DNA of 64,000 nt from Antedon mediterranea (taxonomy: Eukaryota > Animalia > Echinodermata). A program made the translations under genes and the position numbers. Position 1 is the first letter of the stretch. Every line of letters starts with the position of its first letter. A model generated the notes under the pieces. It was not told the origin of the DNA. It was given only the letters and a program-made list of their open reading frames with translations, and did no database searches. Shown piece by piece: positions 45,192 to 59,876 of the stretch. The stretch is taken from NCBI RefSeq assembly GCF_964355755.1, contig NC_092673.1, forward strand, positions 4,650,001 to 4,714,000. The letters are read 5' to 3'.

Positions 45192-45725
45192 CAGACATTA
45201 TGAAAGAGACTATTAATTTATTACGATTTATTATTTTATATTGACTTTTATTTACCCACCGATAATTACGACGTTTGTCCGTCCGAACATTTTATTTTTT
45301 AGAGGCTTGAAAACTCAATATCGCACAGCCAAACAAAAGGACAACATCGAAAGACACTCTTTTACAACCACGACCATCGATTTTAAGATTATTTATGTAA
45401 ATAATATATAGATGTAAATATTCAATGTATTATATTAATATGAAAATTGTGTATATGTTTCTGTAAGATTGCCAAAAGAGTTTTTTTTGTATGTATGTTG
45501 AATGAAATGAAAACACAGGGTTTACTAGTATTTAAAATATATTTGATTCGAACAAATACGCACTATTTTTAAAGTTTTCTTCTTGATTATTATCAGTATA
45601 TTTAACAATAAATATTAGTCCAAATAAGGCCATGATGGTATCATCATGCCCATATATGTTACTGATATCAATAAAATATCAACAAAAATCGACGCGCATG
45701 TTGCGTAAGCGCTGTGTTTGTGTAA

Positions 45726-45904
45726 AGCTTGGTTCCCACTAGCGACGCAACGCAAGGACGTAACACAACGTTAGTGAATGTACCAATCACAAGCGATGGC
45801 TTATTCGCTTGTGATTGCTAACTGTCTATAACTTCGCTTGTCATTGGTTAAAACGCTTGCGTTACGTTTACGTCCTTGCGTTACGTTCTAGTGGGAACCA
45901 AGCT
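45726..45904. mobile_element. MITE family 2 (PIF/Harbinger-like), ~180 bp, just 3' of the Msx poly(A) signal candidates
   Basis: TAA|AGCTTGGTTCCCACTAG..ACGCAACGCAAGGACGTAA ... TTACGTCCTTGCGTTACGTTCTAGTGGGAACCAAGCT|TCA; 17-bp perfect TIR extending imperfectly to ~40 bp. Confidence 0.85.
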
Positions 45905-47241
45905 TCACGGACAAATTAAGCAGTGATGTTGGGAAGAAAACAATAATACATATGCTGCCAAATGTAATATGAAAACATAAAGTTATTTAAACTGAAATTA
46001 GACATACCGTAATTAATATTTATACGGTACCGAAAGCATATTGACTCCATGCACGCTCATGGTTTTTAAACAAAGTAAATGAAGTGATAATAAATACCAT
46101 AGGATTTGTATAATCATAAGTTATATTATTATCGTATGATTAATTAAGTATTTTTGCTTAGGCCTACAAACTAAGATAATTTAATTCATAAATTGTTGGT
46201 TCTCTCTCTTGAAGGTAAAATATAACTATTTTATTATTATATAACATCCACCAAGCTATGTATAAAATATATAACCGAATGACGATTGTTTTAAAAATTA
46301 TCTACTTAAATCAAGAAATAGCATTTCGTTTAAAACGAAATAAAAACCGGAGTAAATGAATGCAGTAGCCGCAAATATTCATATCACGCAACGTTTGTTT
46401 AAAAATTAGTCTCATATATACACTTTACCAACGAAGAGCTACTCAGCTACTTAAGTAGTTAAGAAAAGGAAAGTCCTCAATCACTACATCAAACTAACCT
46501 TCCTCACCACGTATAAGTATGTCGTATGATTGATTGCTATTTACCAAACAATTTTGTTAATGATGATCTTAACATATTCGAATTAATGACTGCGTTCATC
46601 AATCAACCAATATGTAATTGTAGCTTAATTATGATTGCTTATTAAGTGGATATTTGAGATTTATTCCAAACTTTTCCCGCTTAATATCGATAAAATAATC
46701 ATGACACTTGGCTTCTGGTGATGTTACTATAGATTTGATAATTTCATAGTTCGATTTTTCATTTTGAAGGGAAATAATATACAGATTACTGTAAGTATGT
46801 AGTTATTGTGTTATGGCATTGTAAACAGTGAACAGTGAAAACGGTAAAATGCAATATCGATCTAGGCCTAATTGATTTCCTAAAACCCGTCCAATTAAGT
46901 TGAGATAAAAAAAGAATTTGGGTCCCGACGTAATGAGTTTAAACATTGCAGAAAATGGGGTAATTATGAACAAATTATTTAAAAAATGACTTTGATTATT
47001 TATCAATTTTATAGTTGGAATTATAAATTATTCTTAATACTGTAATTGTTAAGACTCGTTTTGTCGTATTGTGAGTCGTGCAAAAGTTCAATACATTTTG
47101 TAAATTATTTAAGACAATGTTCATTAAAAGATGATGAGCTAAACTGAGAAAGTCTTCATGGTATTTTTATTTTGTTTTATCCATTCATTTAAAAATGACC
47201 ATTCTTGTTTAGAAACCCACTTTTGGGACTCCCTCAACTAA

Positions 47242-47364
47242 AGCTGTGTGTACACTATCAAACTAGTTTGACAAAAAAGTGTGATGTGCCCAAATATGGT
47301 AGTGATATTCCAAAAATATGGTAGTGATATTACATCATCATGTCCATATGAGCACATCACATTT
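47242..47364. mobile_element. MITE family 1, right-truncated copy
   Basis: TAA|AGCTGTGTGTACACTATCAAACTAGTTTGACAAAAAAGTGTGATGTGCCCAAATATGGTAGTGATAT...GCACATCACATTT. Confidence 0.8.
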
Positions 47365-50300
47365 GTTGATGTTTATGCATTGATAAATCAATCGAAAGGA
47401 TAAACAGACCGACCGACAGACAGACAAATCAACCAAATAACCAACAGTATTAATATAGCGTAGAGAATTATAGTGAACTATAATAATATCTCTATTGTTA
47501 TAGTATGGACTATGTATTGGTACTTCACTTTTGAATGAGATGCACATTTGTGAAGGTGCATAATAGGCCCTAACAAGAAATACAAAATTCAGTAATCGAT
47601 GTAATGTGAAAGAAAAAGCTAGGCAGAAATATTGGAATGTGGAATATGAAAAAAACGTGTAAATCTACGATTTTCAATAGAGAACATTTAGAGGCATAAC
47701 AGGAAAATTATTAACGGTCTAATATCGTGATTAACGGTCGATGGCTCTATAGAACATACTTCTGTATGTTTGTTATTGTTTATTTTTGGCTAAATAAATG
47801 ATATAATATGATACTAATGTTATTGTTGACTTATTTTATTACATTATTGTTAATACCTATATTTTACAAACTAAGATTTGCAAGGTATTTTTCATCATCA
47901 ATATCTTAAACTAGTTTTGTGAATGTATGTTATATTTGTAGCCTTAAACATTTGTAAGCCTTCAAATAAAGTTTAACCAACTTGTCACTAGGTATGGTGC
48001 GCCGAATCCGTCAAAATACGTTACTGTCATATGATACCTTAATCGAAGGTTATATTCAATACTACTATACTATGTAGGTTAGTGCAAGGAAATAGATATA
48101 AATCATTATACATTTCCTAATACAATCTTTCATATGTAGTTGAATGGAGCCAAATATCTGTTTAAAATGTTATACCTTACAGTAGGCATAGTATTACTAT
48201 ATTTTGCAATGATGTCACACATTTCCATAGAGCTGGCTTCTCCTAAAGGGTTTAAATAAACCCCATTCTGGTTAGGGCCCTATATCATAAGGAAATAAAA
48301 TATGTACATTTATAATACAATAATGAAAACACTATCAAATTGGTATACATACATCGATATATTCCAATCACAAATCTCGTAAAATTAGGTTCATTTAACC
48401 AAGTATTTTCTCTACAGCCCTCAATATCACCTGATTACGTGTACATCATTCCAATAATTAACTATGTTCCGCATAGTTACTTTAAACATTTGCGTATCAT
48501 ATATTTATGACAACTCAACTTACAATTTCATTTTCATTTGCATTGCAAACAAGATCACGATATGTTTACTAATTGATTCGTTATCTACGCTATTTTTAAA
48601 TACATTAAATGTCAATATTATATTTTATGACAATTTTACGCTGTTGATACAGGATTGATACAATTTCGATAACGCAATCAACTACATCGTAAATCTTGAT
48701 CGGCCAATAAAACCTGCTTCTCACTAACTTCTTGCATAGATATATTTTTATAGTCAACTTTAATATCACTATGCTAACATTAATTAGATGTTAAACGTGT
48801 CCACATGATGTCAATAATGAAATGCAGAAATAATCAGTGGCGTGTGCGTATAACGTTGGCGCGTGCGTACCAACGTGACGCGCGCGTATGAAACATGTAT
48901 AGTAATACCATTTCATCAAGATTTGAACGCGCGTCTCGAGTTGTGACGTCACAGACAAAACCCTCACGCAAAAAGGTAGGTGAAGGTTTTTAAAAATTGT
49001 TTTCCTATCGTTTTTCATTAGTTTTTCTATAGAGAAATACCATAATGATTTTTCATATGAAAAATAAATATTTCGCCTTTGATTATTAATTTGAGAGTCA
49101 TTACTAATGGAGTTACAAAATAAACGAATCTATTCGTTTATATGTATTTATTTTGCCAACATAAACAAAACAGTAAGTCAACTATTTAAATACGTTTGAT
49201 TAATATTGTTGTTTTTATTTCATCGCGTTTATCGTTTCATATCCCTAATTGCACACTTATTACTATCTTACTCTCGCAAGTTCACGTTAAATAAATACTG
49301 TAAATTTGCATGATAAATATATTGAGATTTGTTTTTTTTTCTTATTTTTCAGAGACGCTTTTAGGTTGGTGGTCGATTGTTATCCCAATCCCTGTGTTAA
49401 GAGGGATTAAGTGTGGATCATGATAATCCCAAACTAATCTCGATAGGATTAAGAAACAGAGGTTGTATAATTGAACCTCGCCATACTATTAAAATGCAGT
49501 TTATCATGGTTTATTATAAGATATGAATGACAAGTATACATTTGGTGAAGAGTATAACTTTAAAAATAACTCACGACTATCGCAAAATAAACGTGCAAAA
49601 CAAAATGGAAAGAATTATTTTCTGATATAATTCTTAAATAAATACATTTTTGACAATTAATAAATTTAATTTAAATATTACTGAAGATTTAGAAAACAGT
49701 ATTGTATGAAAAAACCAGCACAAAAATCCTAAGCCCACAAATAAATATTGAAGACAATTATAATATAATACAAAGAGGCAATGTAAAAATAGGCCTAACC
49801 AATTACACTATTCCCATGTTACATTATACAGTAATAATATTAGAAATAATAGGCCTATAAAGATAACATTCTATATGATTACCTTACGTTTATATTATTA
49901 TTATTATATTAATTTAATGTTTATATTAAATATGTAATGGCCAGCATTGTGATCCCTCACTTCCAGTATGCCGCGATATATAGGCATTCACAACAAAGTC
50001 ATATAAATATTGTCATACCGCTACATACACTTATTTTATTGTCCCTATCCATAAATAATGAAACATTCTGTAAAACTTTAATAGTGTGATTTATTACTCT
50101 TTAATATGAGGTCAAAGTTCGAATTCAACGTCACTACAAAGAATGTATGGATTTTGGGAATCTTTTGAAGAAAAAACTGTGTAGGCCTAAAACACGCTAT
50201 AGCGTGTCAGTCATTCGTTACCAACCATCTAAAAGGACCGACCGACAAACCAAAAAGTAGGCATAATGTACCGATATAAAGAGGTTAACTGAGTTCAAAA

Positions 50301-51137
50301 ACATTGAATATTGGACCTTCACCTTCATCCTTAGATTAACTTACATTTAGAAATATGAAAATAAACAAAGCGATAAAATAAATCTAAAACAAACTAACTT
50401 AAAAATGTATAATTTAAAGATCCTTTGCTTCATTATATTTTATGTTACAAGGAAGAATTCATACTTTGTAATTATATTTGTTTGTATCCACTATTTCTCT
50501 CAAGTTTTATGGATTTATTAAAATGTACTGTTGTAGTTTTCAACAGTATTTAAAATAGGACTGTTCAAGGACTTAAACTAATACAAAATGTAGGCTATAT
50601 ATACCGTAACATTAATATACATATACATATACAATAATTTTTATTCATGGCTTTCTTTATTTTCATTTGCACTTTTAAGTACGATTTACGGTTTATCAAT
50701 CACAATTAAATAAACCTAACTTTGGAAAATGTATTCTTTTTTTAAAAAAATGAATGCGTTTGGGCGATTTCAACAGTTTTACCAAAATGGCATATAATTG
50801 ACAAGGGAATGGGCTTAAAAAGAAAACATATTAATAATAAATGACTCAATCAAAAGGAAATGAAATTTCTCCCAAAAAAATTACAGAAACTAATGTAAAA
50901 CTTAAATGTCTAACTTTTGTTTTACTCATTATTCATTATTTATGACATTTATATTTCTCCCAGAAGTGCGATAAATGTAAAATGAAGTCCACATTATTGC
51001 CAAAAATGATCAAGTGATGTCGTTGAGGAATAGGCAACTGACAATCGCAGATAAACTCAATACTACATTTGGGAAAATATTCTTTTAAAAAGTGACAGTT
51101 TCCTCAGTGGAGTAGGAGTCAAATGTCAGAGGTTATG

Positions 51138-51388
51138 AACTTACATGAAACATGTAACATTGACAATAGATACAGTTGCACGATAACTAAACTGATTGAA
51201 AACGTTGAAATCAAATCATTTGAGCTTGCGCGTGTGTAAACATATTGGAACTAAAAGGAGAGAAGAAACTTACATGACACATGTAACATTGACAATAGAT
51301 ACAGTTGCACGATAACTAAACTGATTGAAAACTTTGAAATCAAATTATATGAGCTTGCGCGTGTGTAAAAATAATGGAACCAAAAAGA
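51138..51388 (+). repeat. Tandem duplication of ~129 bp
   Basis: AACTTACATGA.ACATGTAACATTGACAATAGATACAGTTGCACGATAACTAAACTGATTGAAAAC...GAGCTTGCGCGTGTGTAAA occurs twice. Confidence 0.9.
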
Positions 51389-54300
51389 GGGAAACGCCAT
51401 TTCATGGAACTTTAAAATAAAAACCCAAAGATAGGCTCTTGTACTACTGTCATTAAAGAGAATGGGAAAATATTATATAACTTACGGTAATAAATATAAC
51501 ACATATAATTAATATATTAATGGATATAATTATATATCTAAGTTATTGGTTAGAAATTAGTTTAAATACTTACAGTATAATGACTTATGAAAACAATACT
51601 GTATTGTAGTTATTTTATAATTATTCATATTGTATTTATAAGACAAGTTATATATAGGCCTATCAGCTCTATGACCACGATATTTAGAATGTAAATATAA
51701 CGATAAAATATACATTTATTGTATAAAATTAAAATATGTATTTTTATTTTATACAAGAAATAAAAGTGGGTGATATCCCCACATAAGAGAAAGAAAACAC
51801 TTAATAAATGCACCTTAGACTCGTATCTAGATGACCGTCAATAGTCAGTTAGGATCTACCTAATGACAGCTGCAGAATCGGGTGTTTTCTTTAGAATCGT
51901 GCATGATACCTATGTAGGCTTGTCTTTGAATTTAAAAATCTAATGTATACGTTGTTTAAAAAAATGTATAATGCGTTTGGTTTCTTTAATTTTTACGTTA
52001 TTGATGCTTAACATACTGTACGTTGTTTTAAACCTTTTAAGAAACACCAGTAGCCCTACAATTGATTTTCGCGCGATATTGATACTTTTGTTGTTGTTGA
52101 TAAACGTTTGGTTAATTCAACGAATAATAACCAGTAGTGCGATCATTCAAAACGGAAATTGCATTTCAACATTTCAACAATTCTTTCTTTTTAATTAACT
52201 TGCTATTTACTTTTTAAATACATACGCCTGTGTGATGTAATTTTCAATTTATTTTTTGATTTTGAAAGAAAGTTGCAAAGTTTAGGTAATGATTTTTTTG
52301 AAGATCGGTTCGCGTAAATCTGATTTATCTCAATTACAATGGAAGGGAAAACACAACGTGATACCAAAACTGTCGCGTCTCCGCCTTTGATCAGCCCTTT
52401 GTTCTTTGCCGACTCTACTTGAAGATTCGACCAATTTTGTACATACCACTGCAAAGATCTTGGGGCTATCCTCTGCTTGAGACATATTGCTGGATGATAG
52501 TGGATATCAAAAGTTTCTTTTCGCGGAATGATATCCAACTGCGATATCTGTTTGTATAGCATATTGAGGTAATCGCTATGTCAATACGACTGACAAATAA
52601 GATTCCAATATGATACTGTTACAATTCATAATTACAATCTTGTAAATATAACTCGTATGCGTTTCCTTTTAAAAAACTTTAAAAAAAAAAATTGTCAGTC
52701 CTCTTTAAAGAATCTAAAGCAAACAAATTTTGATGACATACCTAATTGTAATGCAATTGTAGCAGTGTTTCCCATATTTATATATAACCGGGAGAGGTTA
52801 ACCCTTTGACCTTAAAGTCCTGCTTGGTGTGCATATGTGTTTTCAATTTGAGTAGCCCTACTGTTACTAATTGTTACCCGCCGTACAATACAAGGGAGCG
52901 AGTCGTGCAATACATCAACGGTTTCTAATTAGTAAAAATAACATCGTAGCCTGGATTTCTTTTTGAGCATTGCGATTCATGAGCAGCCTACTAAATTCAT
53001 CATGACGGATGGTGGAGGAGAGTTTGTCCCTTGTTAGCCGGCGAATTAGCTATGACGCCAATAGGCTGCCGTGAGCGGCCTGCATATCTACTCAGTAAAA
53101 CCTCACATTGAATACCTAATCACCACGATGTTATTTGACCACAAAAAAAGCCTATAAACATGAGTAAAAACTATACAAAACAGGGGTACATCTGTAACAA
53201 TCCAAATGATAGATTTAACATTAAATACATTTTCAGTATAGTTTTCCACTTCTGCAAAAGACATTGAAGTATGGGCGTCAGGTAAACATCTTTCAGACAA
53301 CTTATTGAAAGAAATAAATTGGATTAACTCAATAATTGTTAAAGTTTACGAAGCAATTAACCGTTGATTGAATACAGAGCAAGTGTATTTAACTGTTGGC
53401 AGTTTTATGGTCCAATGCATTATACCCATGGTCTAGTAAAATATGTCGTTCTTCTATTACCTTTAAATTAGTCAATTAATAAAAATACTACTACCGAGGC
53501 AATTCCCACAATTTCAACTCATTGGAAAACTGGTTACTCGGCCATGACAGCCTAAAGAACCCGTAACAAAATTAATAAAAATTATGTTTTTCCAAGGTTT
53601 AAGAAAACCGACGCCTTATTGTTCATATTGTTTTTTTCAGAAAGAAAGAAAATTAATAATGTTCCCTAAGTTAATAAAAACGCCTTTTTAATGTTTCTGA
53701 AAAGTGCAAACATAATTGGTAATATATTACCCAATTATATTTAGAATGATTAAAAATATGTTATAAAATTCAGCTATAAAAAAAAAACTTCAAAGTTTCT
53801 ATTCTAAGGAAAAGTGAAAAAAGGTAAAAAATAAATTTATAGTAAAGAAATCTAAGAAACATTATTCCTGGGGTGGGGTAAAAAAAGTTTCTACATTAGA
53901 GTAGGCCTACAAAATGAGTGTTTTAAAAACAGAATTGGTGCTGTGGAAGAAAATATTGTAAATAAAAAAATCCAGAGAGTGTAACTAATAAACATTACAA
54001 ACTGTTATCAAGAGTAACACACATTTGGAGATGCTTTCAAGAGGACAGATACGAAATTTACTATTAACAAATGTTGTGTAAGAGTGGAAATCACTAAAAA
54101 AAAGTACAAGAATTTATATTACTGTTCACAGTATTTAAAACGAATTTTCTAGAAAACGATAATAAAAAAGATTTTAAAAAAGAAAAAATATTACTTTAAA
54201 AAAATCACTATAATGTTTGTAATGAAATTCAACAATAGATAACAAACTTGCACAGGAGTTTCAATAGTAATATCATTATTGTATTACGTAACACTACACA

Positions 54301-56065
54301 CAAAAGTACAATATTTTATATATTACTGTATTTAGAACGAATTTTCTAGAAAACAATAAGAAAAACGATTTTTTTAAAAATAGGCCTACAGTACCAATTA
54401 AAGAAGTTTTAATATGAAAAATCACTTCTGTAATGAGATTTAACAATAATACAAAAAAAAACTTTCACAAAGATTTTAAACCGAATATTAATGCCATTAT
54501 TCTATTTAAAAAATCCATCCACATCAGTAAAGTGGGTTTGCCAAAATAACATTCCATAATACAAAATTGAAAGACTCGCAACATCAGGTAAAAAGGTTTA
54601 AAGTTAAAACGTTGCAAACTCTTTTATATTTCTGTAACTCTTTAACAAATTGTCAGATGTTTCAGTTTATTAACCTGAAAAGGTTATTAAGTTGGCTTTC
54701 TCCTGACTGCCATCACTCGAAAGCCGTCAAGTGTTGATTAAAATTCCAAACAAATTAATGAGTGAACAAGAAAGGTCGGGTGTAAAGTAATTACCAGAAA
54801 AACCAACACAGAAATTAATTTCTCATCGCCTTATAGATTGCAAGTCGATGTCTTGTATATGTTGCACTGAACATATATACGTCACTCATGTTGCCAGTTA
54901 GTATTTCGATGTGTCGGCGCCTCATATCTCAGTCAGCGGTCCATAGTTCATGCATTGGATACAATATCATCGTCAGAGAATTATTGGCCCGCTATAGTAG
55001 TAATTGTATAATAAATTGCATTACTGCCTTATTAGGAGCCGATAGCTAGCCTTGCCGTAAGCAACTTGTTGTGTCGCGCGCATACAGGGGTTGAGTAAAC
55101 TATAGGCCCTCTTGAATACCAGGCGCCATCCAGAACATCTCGCAGAAGTGGCCTACGATGTTCCTCTCAGCGTTGAAAGTATGCGGCGCATTAGTACTTC
55201 GGCAAAGTTAGGATCGGTGTCTTTTTATCATCTCTATAGGCATGCAGCTTCTTTGCATGTTGTTGGTATTTGTTCAGTGGGTATTAACGTGTATGTCATT
55301 GGTCTGATTGATTATATTGCAGACCTATTGTACACAGGCCTCTCCCAGCATCACCCGACTGAGTACCCGCTAACTAGTTAGGACAATAATTACATGCCAG
55401 TGTCGGTACTCTTTGTGCTGACATGCCCTCGTTACCTTTAGCAATAGATGCGATACTGTAACTTTTTAAGCGAAGTAACTGGGAGACTAATTAAAATTTA
55501 AGCATTAAGTAAAAACTTTCATGATGTCCCAAGGCTCTCAACTTGAGCTGAGTTTTGTCGTTTTATATCAAGAAATATTGGACAATTTGGTTGGACAGAA
55601 AGTCTCCATATGCAAATTAAAATAACCGTTTGAATCCATACTTCGTGAGGAAACGAAATAATCACTAATTTATTTTAAATATCCATCTTAAGTTAATAAA
55701 TGAACTAAAAAGAACCGTAACAATGTTTCCATTTTTTTATCTCGTCATACAAAATATTACATGCTTAGTTTATTCCTAGTAACACTAACAGTAAAAACAA
55801 TCGTAACTCTACTCAAATAGAGTCAACATTGGTCCAACGTAAGCCTACATGATTTAAGTTAAGACTAGTTTGACAATTCAATTTCAAATGTTCCGATGAA
55901 TTTTTATCAAGATTATGACGAGATTCATTTTGAAAAAAAAACACGACACGTTGTTGGATTTAGGTTCAGTTTTAAAAAATGATTTAAGAATTACCCATTG
56001 AAATGTTGCTAAATACTGTACTGTACTGTAGACCTAATGCTTTTGTATAAAACAAATAAGCCTAA

Positions 56066-56465
56066 AGGCCCGTTCACACTAGGACGATAACGATCGACGA
56101 TAATAGACAATAATTTGCATTTTTCATACATAAAATAAAAGAAATATAAAACCTTTTCATTCTAGAACTATAGAATAACCATCTATGCTTCCTTTGATGA
56201 AAATTATATTTTCAGACGTCCAATCAAATGACGTCATGATTAGTAAGAGCAATAATATCGTGACAATACAACGATTTTATTGTTTTTATGTATCATGACG
56301 TAATTTGATTGGAATTTTAAAAATATTTTTATTATCAAAGACAGCATAAATGATTATCCTATAGTCCTAGAACGAAACCCTTTCTAATTTCTTTTGTTTT
56401 ATGTTAAAAAAATGCATGCTTATATGTTTATCGTCGATCGTTATCGTCCTAGTGTAAATGGGCCT
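56066..56465. mobile_element. 400-bp foldback MITE (PIF/Harbinger-like) with TAA TSD
   Basis: TAA|AGGCCCGTTCACACTAGGACGATAACGATCGACGATAA ... TTATCGTCGATCGTTATCGTCCTAGTGTAAATGGGCCT|TAA. Imperfect symmetry continues inward (CCAATCAAATGACGTCATGAT / ATCATGACGTAATTTGATTGG). Confidence 0.9.
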
Positions 56466-58158
56466 TAACAATGTATAGTGTGCTATGTGGCCTACTACGG
56501 TACTACATGATTTATAAAATGATGAATGAGAATAAAGAGATATTACGGTACAGAAGTAGTGTTGATTTGTATTTATTTTATTCTCAGTGAACATACCGAT
56601 AGTGTTATTATTCATTGGTTTGTACAACCTTTACCACCTTTCTGGTTCTTATTTCACTGTAATGTACATTACAACAGATGGTTTTATGTCAGCTGCCTCC
56701 ACGATACTTAGCTTACGTCAAAGCTTGTAAATAGTTCACTAAATTACGCTACTTTTACTATTAAATAATGATCTTTGCCGGTGTTTCCTAAGCACGATTG
56801 AGTCTAGCACAAAGTATGGCGAAACCATTTTAAAGCGGAATGAGACATATTGTGTGTTTTGACGGTTTCAAATGTATTCGTTAATGTTAATGATGTTCGA
56901 TTTATAAAGCGCTTCTACAATCAAAAGATTGTCCCAAAGCGCTGAGAGAAAAAACAGAAAGAAATTACAAAGAAAAAAATGGGTTTTTCAAGAGTGTTTT
57001 GAAAACTATGATAGAAGATGCATTTTTAATAGGATTCGAATGAAAATGTAGAGTGCATAACTTTTGTTACGTCACTCATTTTATTATTCATAGTTTACTA
57101 TGTATTTGTGAATTCATGATGACCTCTGTGACCTGATTGTGACGAGAATTACAGAACATCCGTCGATAAAATATTCTATTTATATTTAGTAGAATAGGCC
57201 TACTTAGCCGAATGGGTAAAGGGGAACGGCGCGGTTACTCTACGTGCGGTTTAGGAGGATATAGAGAACAAAGTTTCAGGTTTAAATATAGAGGCCTAGA
57301 TATTTTTTGCAGCGAAATTATTATCCAATTTATATTAATACATATTTCGAGGAATAATTTTATTCTAGTGGTAGAGAATGAATTTCATACCTGCGACTCC
57401 AACAATATTTCCAAAAATGGTAGTCAACCAAACCGCCATCCGCATAAATTTATATAATTTATTTAGTCTGGCCTATTTTCTTTGTCTTTTTAACTAAACC
57501 TCTGTAGGCCTTATAAAGCCTTGTATATTCCAATGGTAATTTATTAGATGTATTTGTGTAGTGCACAGATCATATTTTCCTTTCAGTTGGTTTCACATTT
57601 TGGCCATTTTTTAAAGAGTAACTACAGTGGTAAAACCAAGACATAAGCGTTCCATAGAAGAAAACAAATAAAATCGTGTGGAAATTGAGGTTAAAGGAGA
57701 CGTTGAATAAAAATGATAAAATGAAGTGAAGAACTCAATCCAATTATCATTTGCATTATGTATAAGTATACGGAATTTAAGGGGAATGTGGTCATGCTAA
57801 AGTGAGTTAATTGTCAAAGCAATATGAAAGAATAATCTTCAGTAACCACATACAATTCCTAGAAAGTAGTAAGCCTTTTGCCATTTACCCATGACTGTTG
57901 AGTAAACATGACCATTTTAATTTCAATGTTGTTTACTGTTTTTATATTTAATTGCCTACAACACATTGTGTACAATTTTACTAATAATAAATTGTGTACA
58001 ATGTATTATGCTTATATTTTCTTATGAATTTTAACGTTTGTATTGAAAATGGTACGTTTTCAGCCTTCTGGATATTTATAGCAGTGTTCAGATTTTTTGG
58101 ACAATATTTATCTGAATTATTGTTTTGTATTGAAATACACCAATAACCATCGAAACTA

Positions 58159-58355
58159 CACTGTAAAAATAGTGTTTAAAACCTAAACGTGTCTTTATAT
58201 GTGTCACAATATAACAATCAACACGTCACTGATGTGTTGAGTTGGATACAGACTAATGTATTTAGAACCTAAACATTTTCATATCTAAACGCTAAACGTG
58301 TGGAAAAAGTGAGTACAAAATACTTGTTTAAGATCTAAACACTATTTTTACAGTG
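58159..58355. mobile_element. ~200-bp MITE with CACTG termini (CACTA/EnSpm-like)
   Basis: CACTGTAAAAATAGTGTTTA ... TAAACACTATTTTTACAGTG, a perfect 20-bp TIR. Confidence 0.8.
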
Positions 58356-59137
58356 AAGCACGATATTACAACGTTGTGACAAGGCGCACGCATGTGTGTT
58401 GATGTAGTATTACACACGACATGATGTGTCCGATACTTCCTGCTATCGTCCCCTTCAAGTGTTATCTTGTCGAGCTGTCCATCGTACCCAGACCGTATCG
58501 ACTTGGGGATATACTCTGTAGATACTGGGGAATAAAATATGTCACTCAATACAGAATATTATTTCAGACCCGTATTGTTGTGTCATTCGATATCGTCTCA
58601 TATTACATATGTACATGTTGCTTTCAAACATCAAATGTCCATAAATGAACTGATTTAGGGCCTAATATATTATGGCAAAAGTGTAAAGAAAGTTTTTAAA
58701 AATTGTTACATACAGTAAAAACTTTAGGATAATTGAATCGAAATACTAAGTATTAATACGGAACTTAAACATAGGCCTCTATTAATAACTATTTGTTTTA
58801 TTCAGTATTTTGTTAAAAGTAAGAAAGACTTTGTATCGCGGTTTGTGAAAAGCTATAAATAGTAAAATAAAAGAGGATTTAAAAAAGTACAATAACATTA
58901 TTTCTTTTTGTTAATGGAAAGACTTTCAGTTTTATTACAGTTTTATCTGTCTTTCTACTTTGGTTTGTGGGAAACTATAAATAATAAGATGATGTATAGC
59001 CTAAAAGACAATAAAATTCAATTAGCGATGATTATTACCATCATATTATTTTTATGCCTCATGTTAATATCAATAATGACGATAAAAAAATAAAAACAAT
59101 AATATAAACATTTTTTATTTTATTATATTTTTTTTTA

Positions 59138-59263
59138 AAACTTTATCACTAGCCTACACATAACATAACAAAAAGGCAGCGAAAGGAAAGGGATGAACAG
59201 GTTAAACTTTATCACTACACAGAACATAACAAAAAGGCAGCGAAAAGAAAGGGATGAACAGGT
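59138..59263 (+). repeat. Tandem duplication of ~60 bp
   Basis: AAACTTTATCACTA..CA.AACATA.CAAAAAGGCAGCGAAA.GAAAGGGATGAACAGGT occurs twice. Confidence 0.85.
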
Positions 59264-59832
59264 AAAATGACTATGATAATTGTTTCTGTAGACTTCTCAT
59301 TTATCAATTATATCGAAGAGGCTTACTTTTTGACACCCTGCCCTTAATAACGACTGCCACAAGCTCAATCTCAACACGAATACAAATTTAAAGTAGGCGC
59401 TTTATCATAATATTTCTCCATGAATATTAATTATTAATTCTGCCCGTTGTTATTTTACTTCGACGATAATCATTTGCATTTCGTTAAATTAGTGTCGGTT
59501 TCGTGCCCTTTGTTTCATTATAACTTGATCACATAATATAAAGTAATAATTAATGAACACTAACACAAATTATCGTCTTCGCTACATCAAAATGAATAAA
59601 ACATTATTCGGAAAGATCAAAGAAAATGTTACAGTATTCCCTACCAGCACATTTGGTAATATTTATTTATATTTTTCTTTATAAATATTGTTATTTTTAT
59701 GTTTTAAATTTCAGAACGATAGAAAATAAAATTATCATGCAATAAAAAATACCTTTAAATAACGTAGTATAAAACTGACTCCAAATAACGGTGTGAATGG
59801 AAATAAAGAAACAAACAACGAGAGGCAAGCCA

Positions 59833-59876
59833 TGATTCAACGTTTCGATCTTTATTTGATCATCACCAGGAAATGA
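59833..59876 (-). ncRNA. Degenerate minimal hammerhead ribozyme motif (Penelope-like relic; core mutated)
   Basis: Minus strand ttc-CTGGTGA-T-GATC-aaataaa-GATC-GAAA-CG-TT-gaa; CTGGTGA differs from CTGANGA at one position. Confidence 0.5.
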
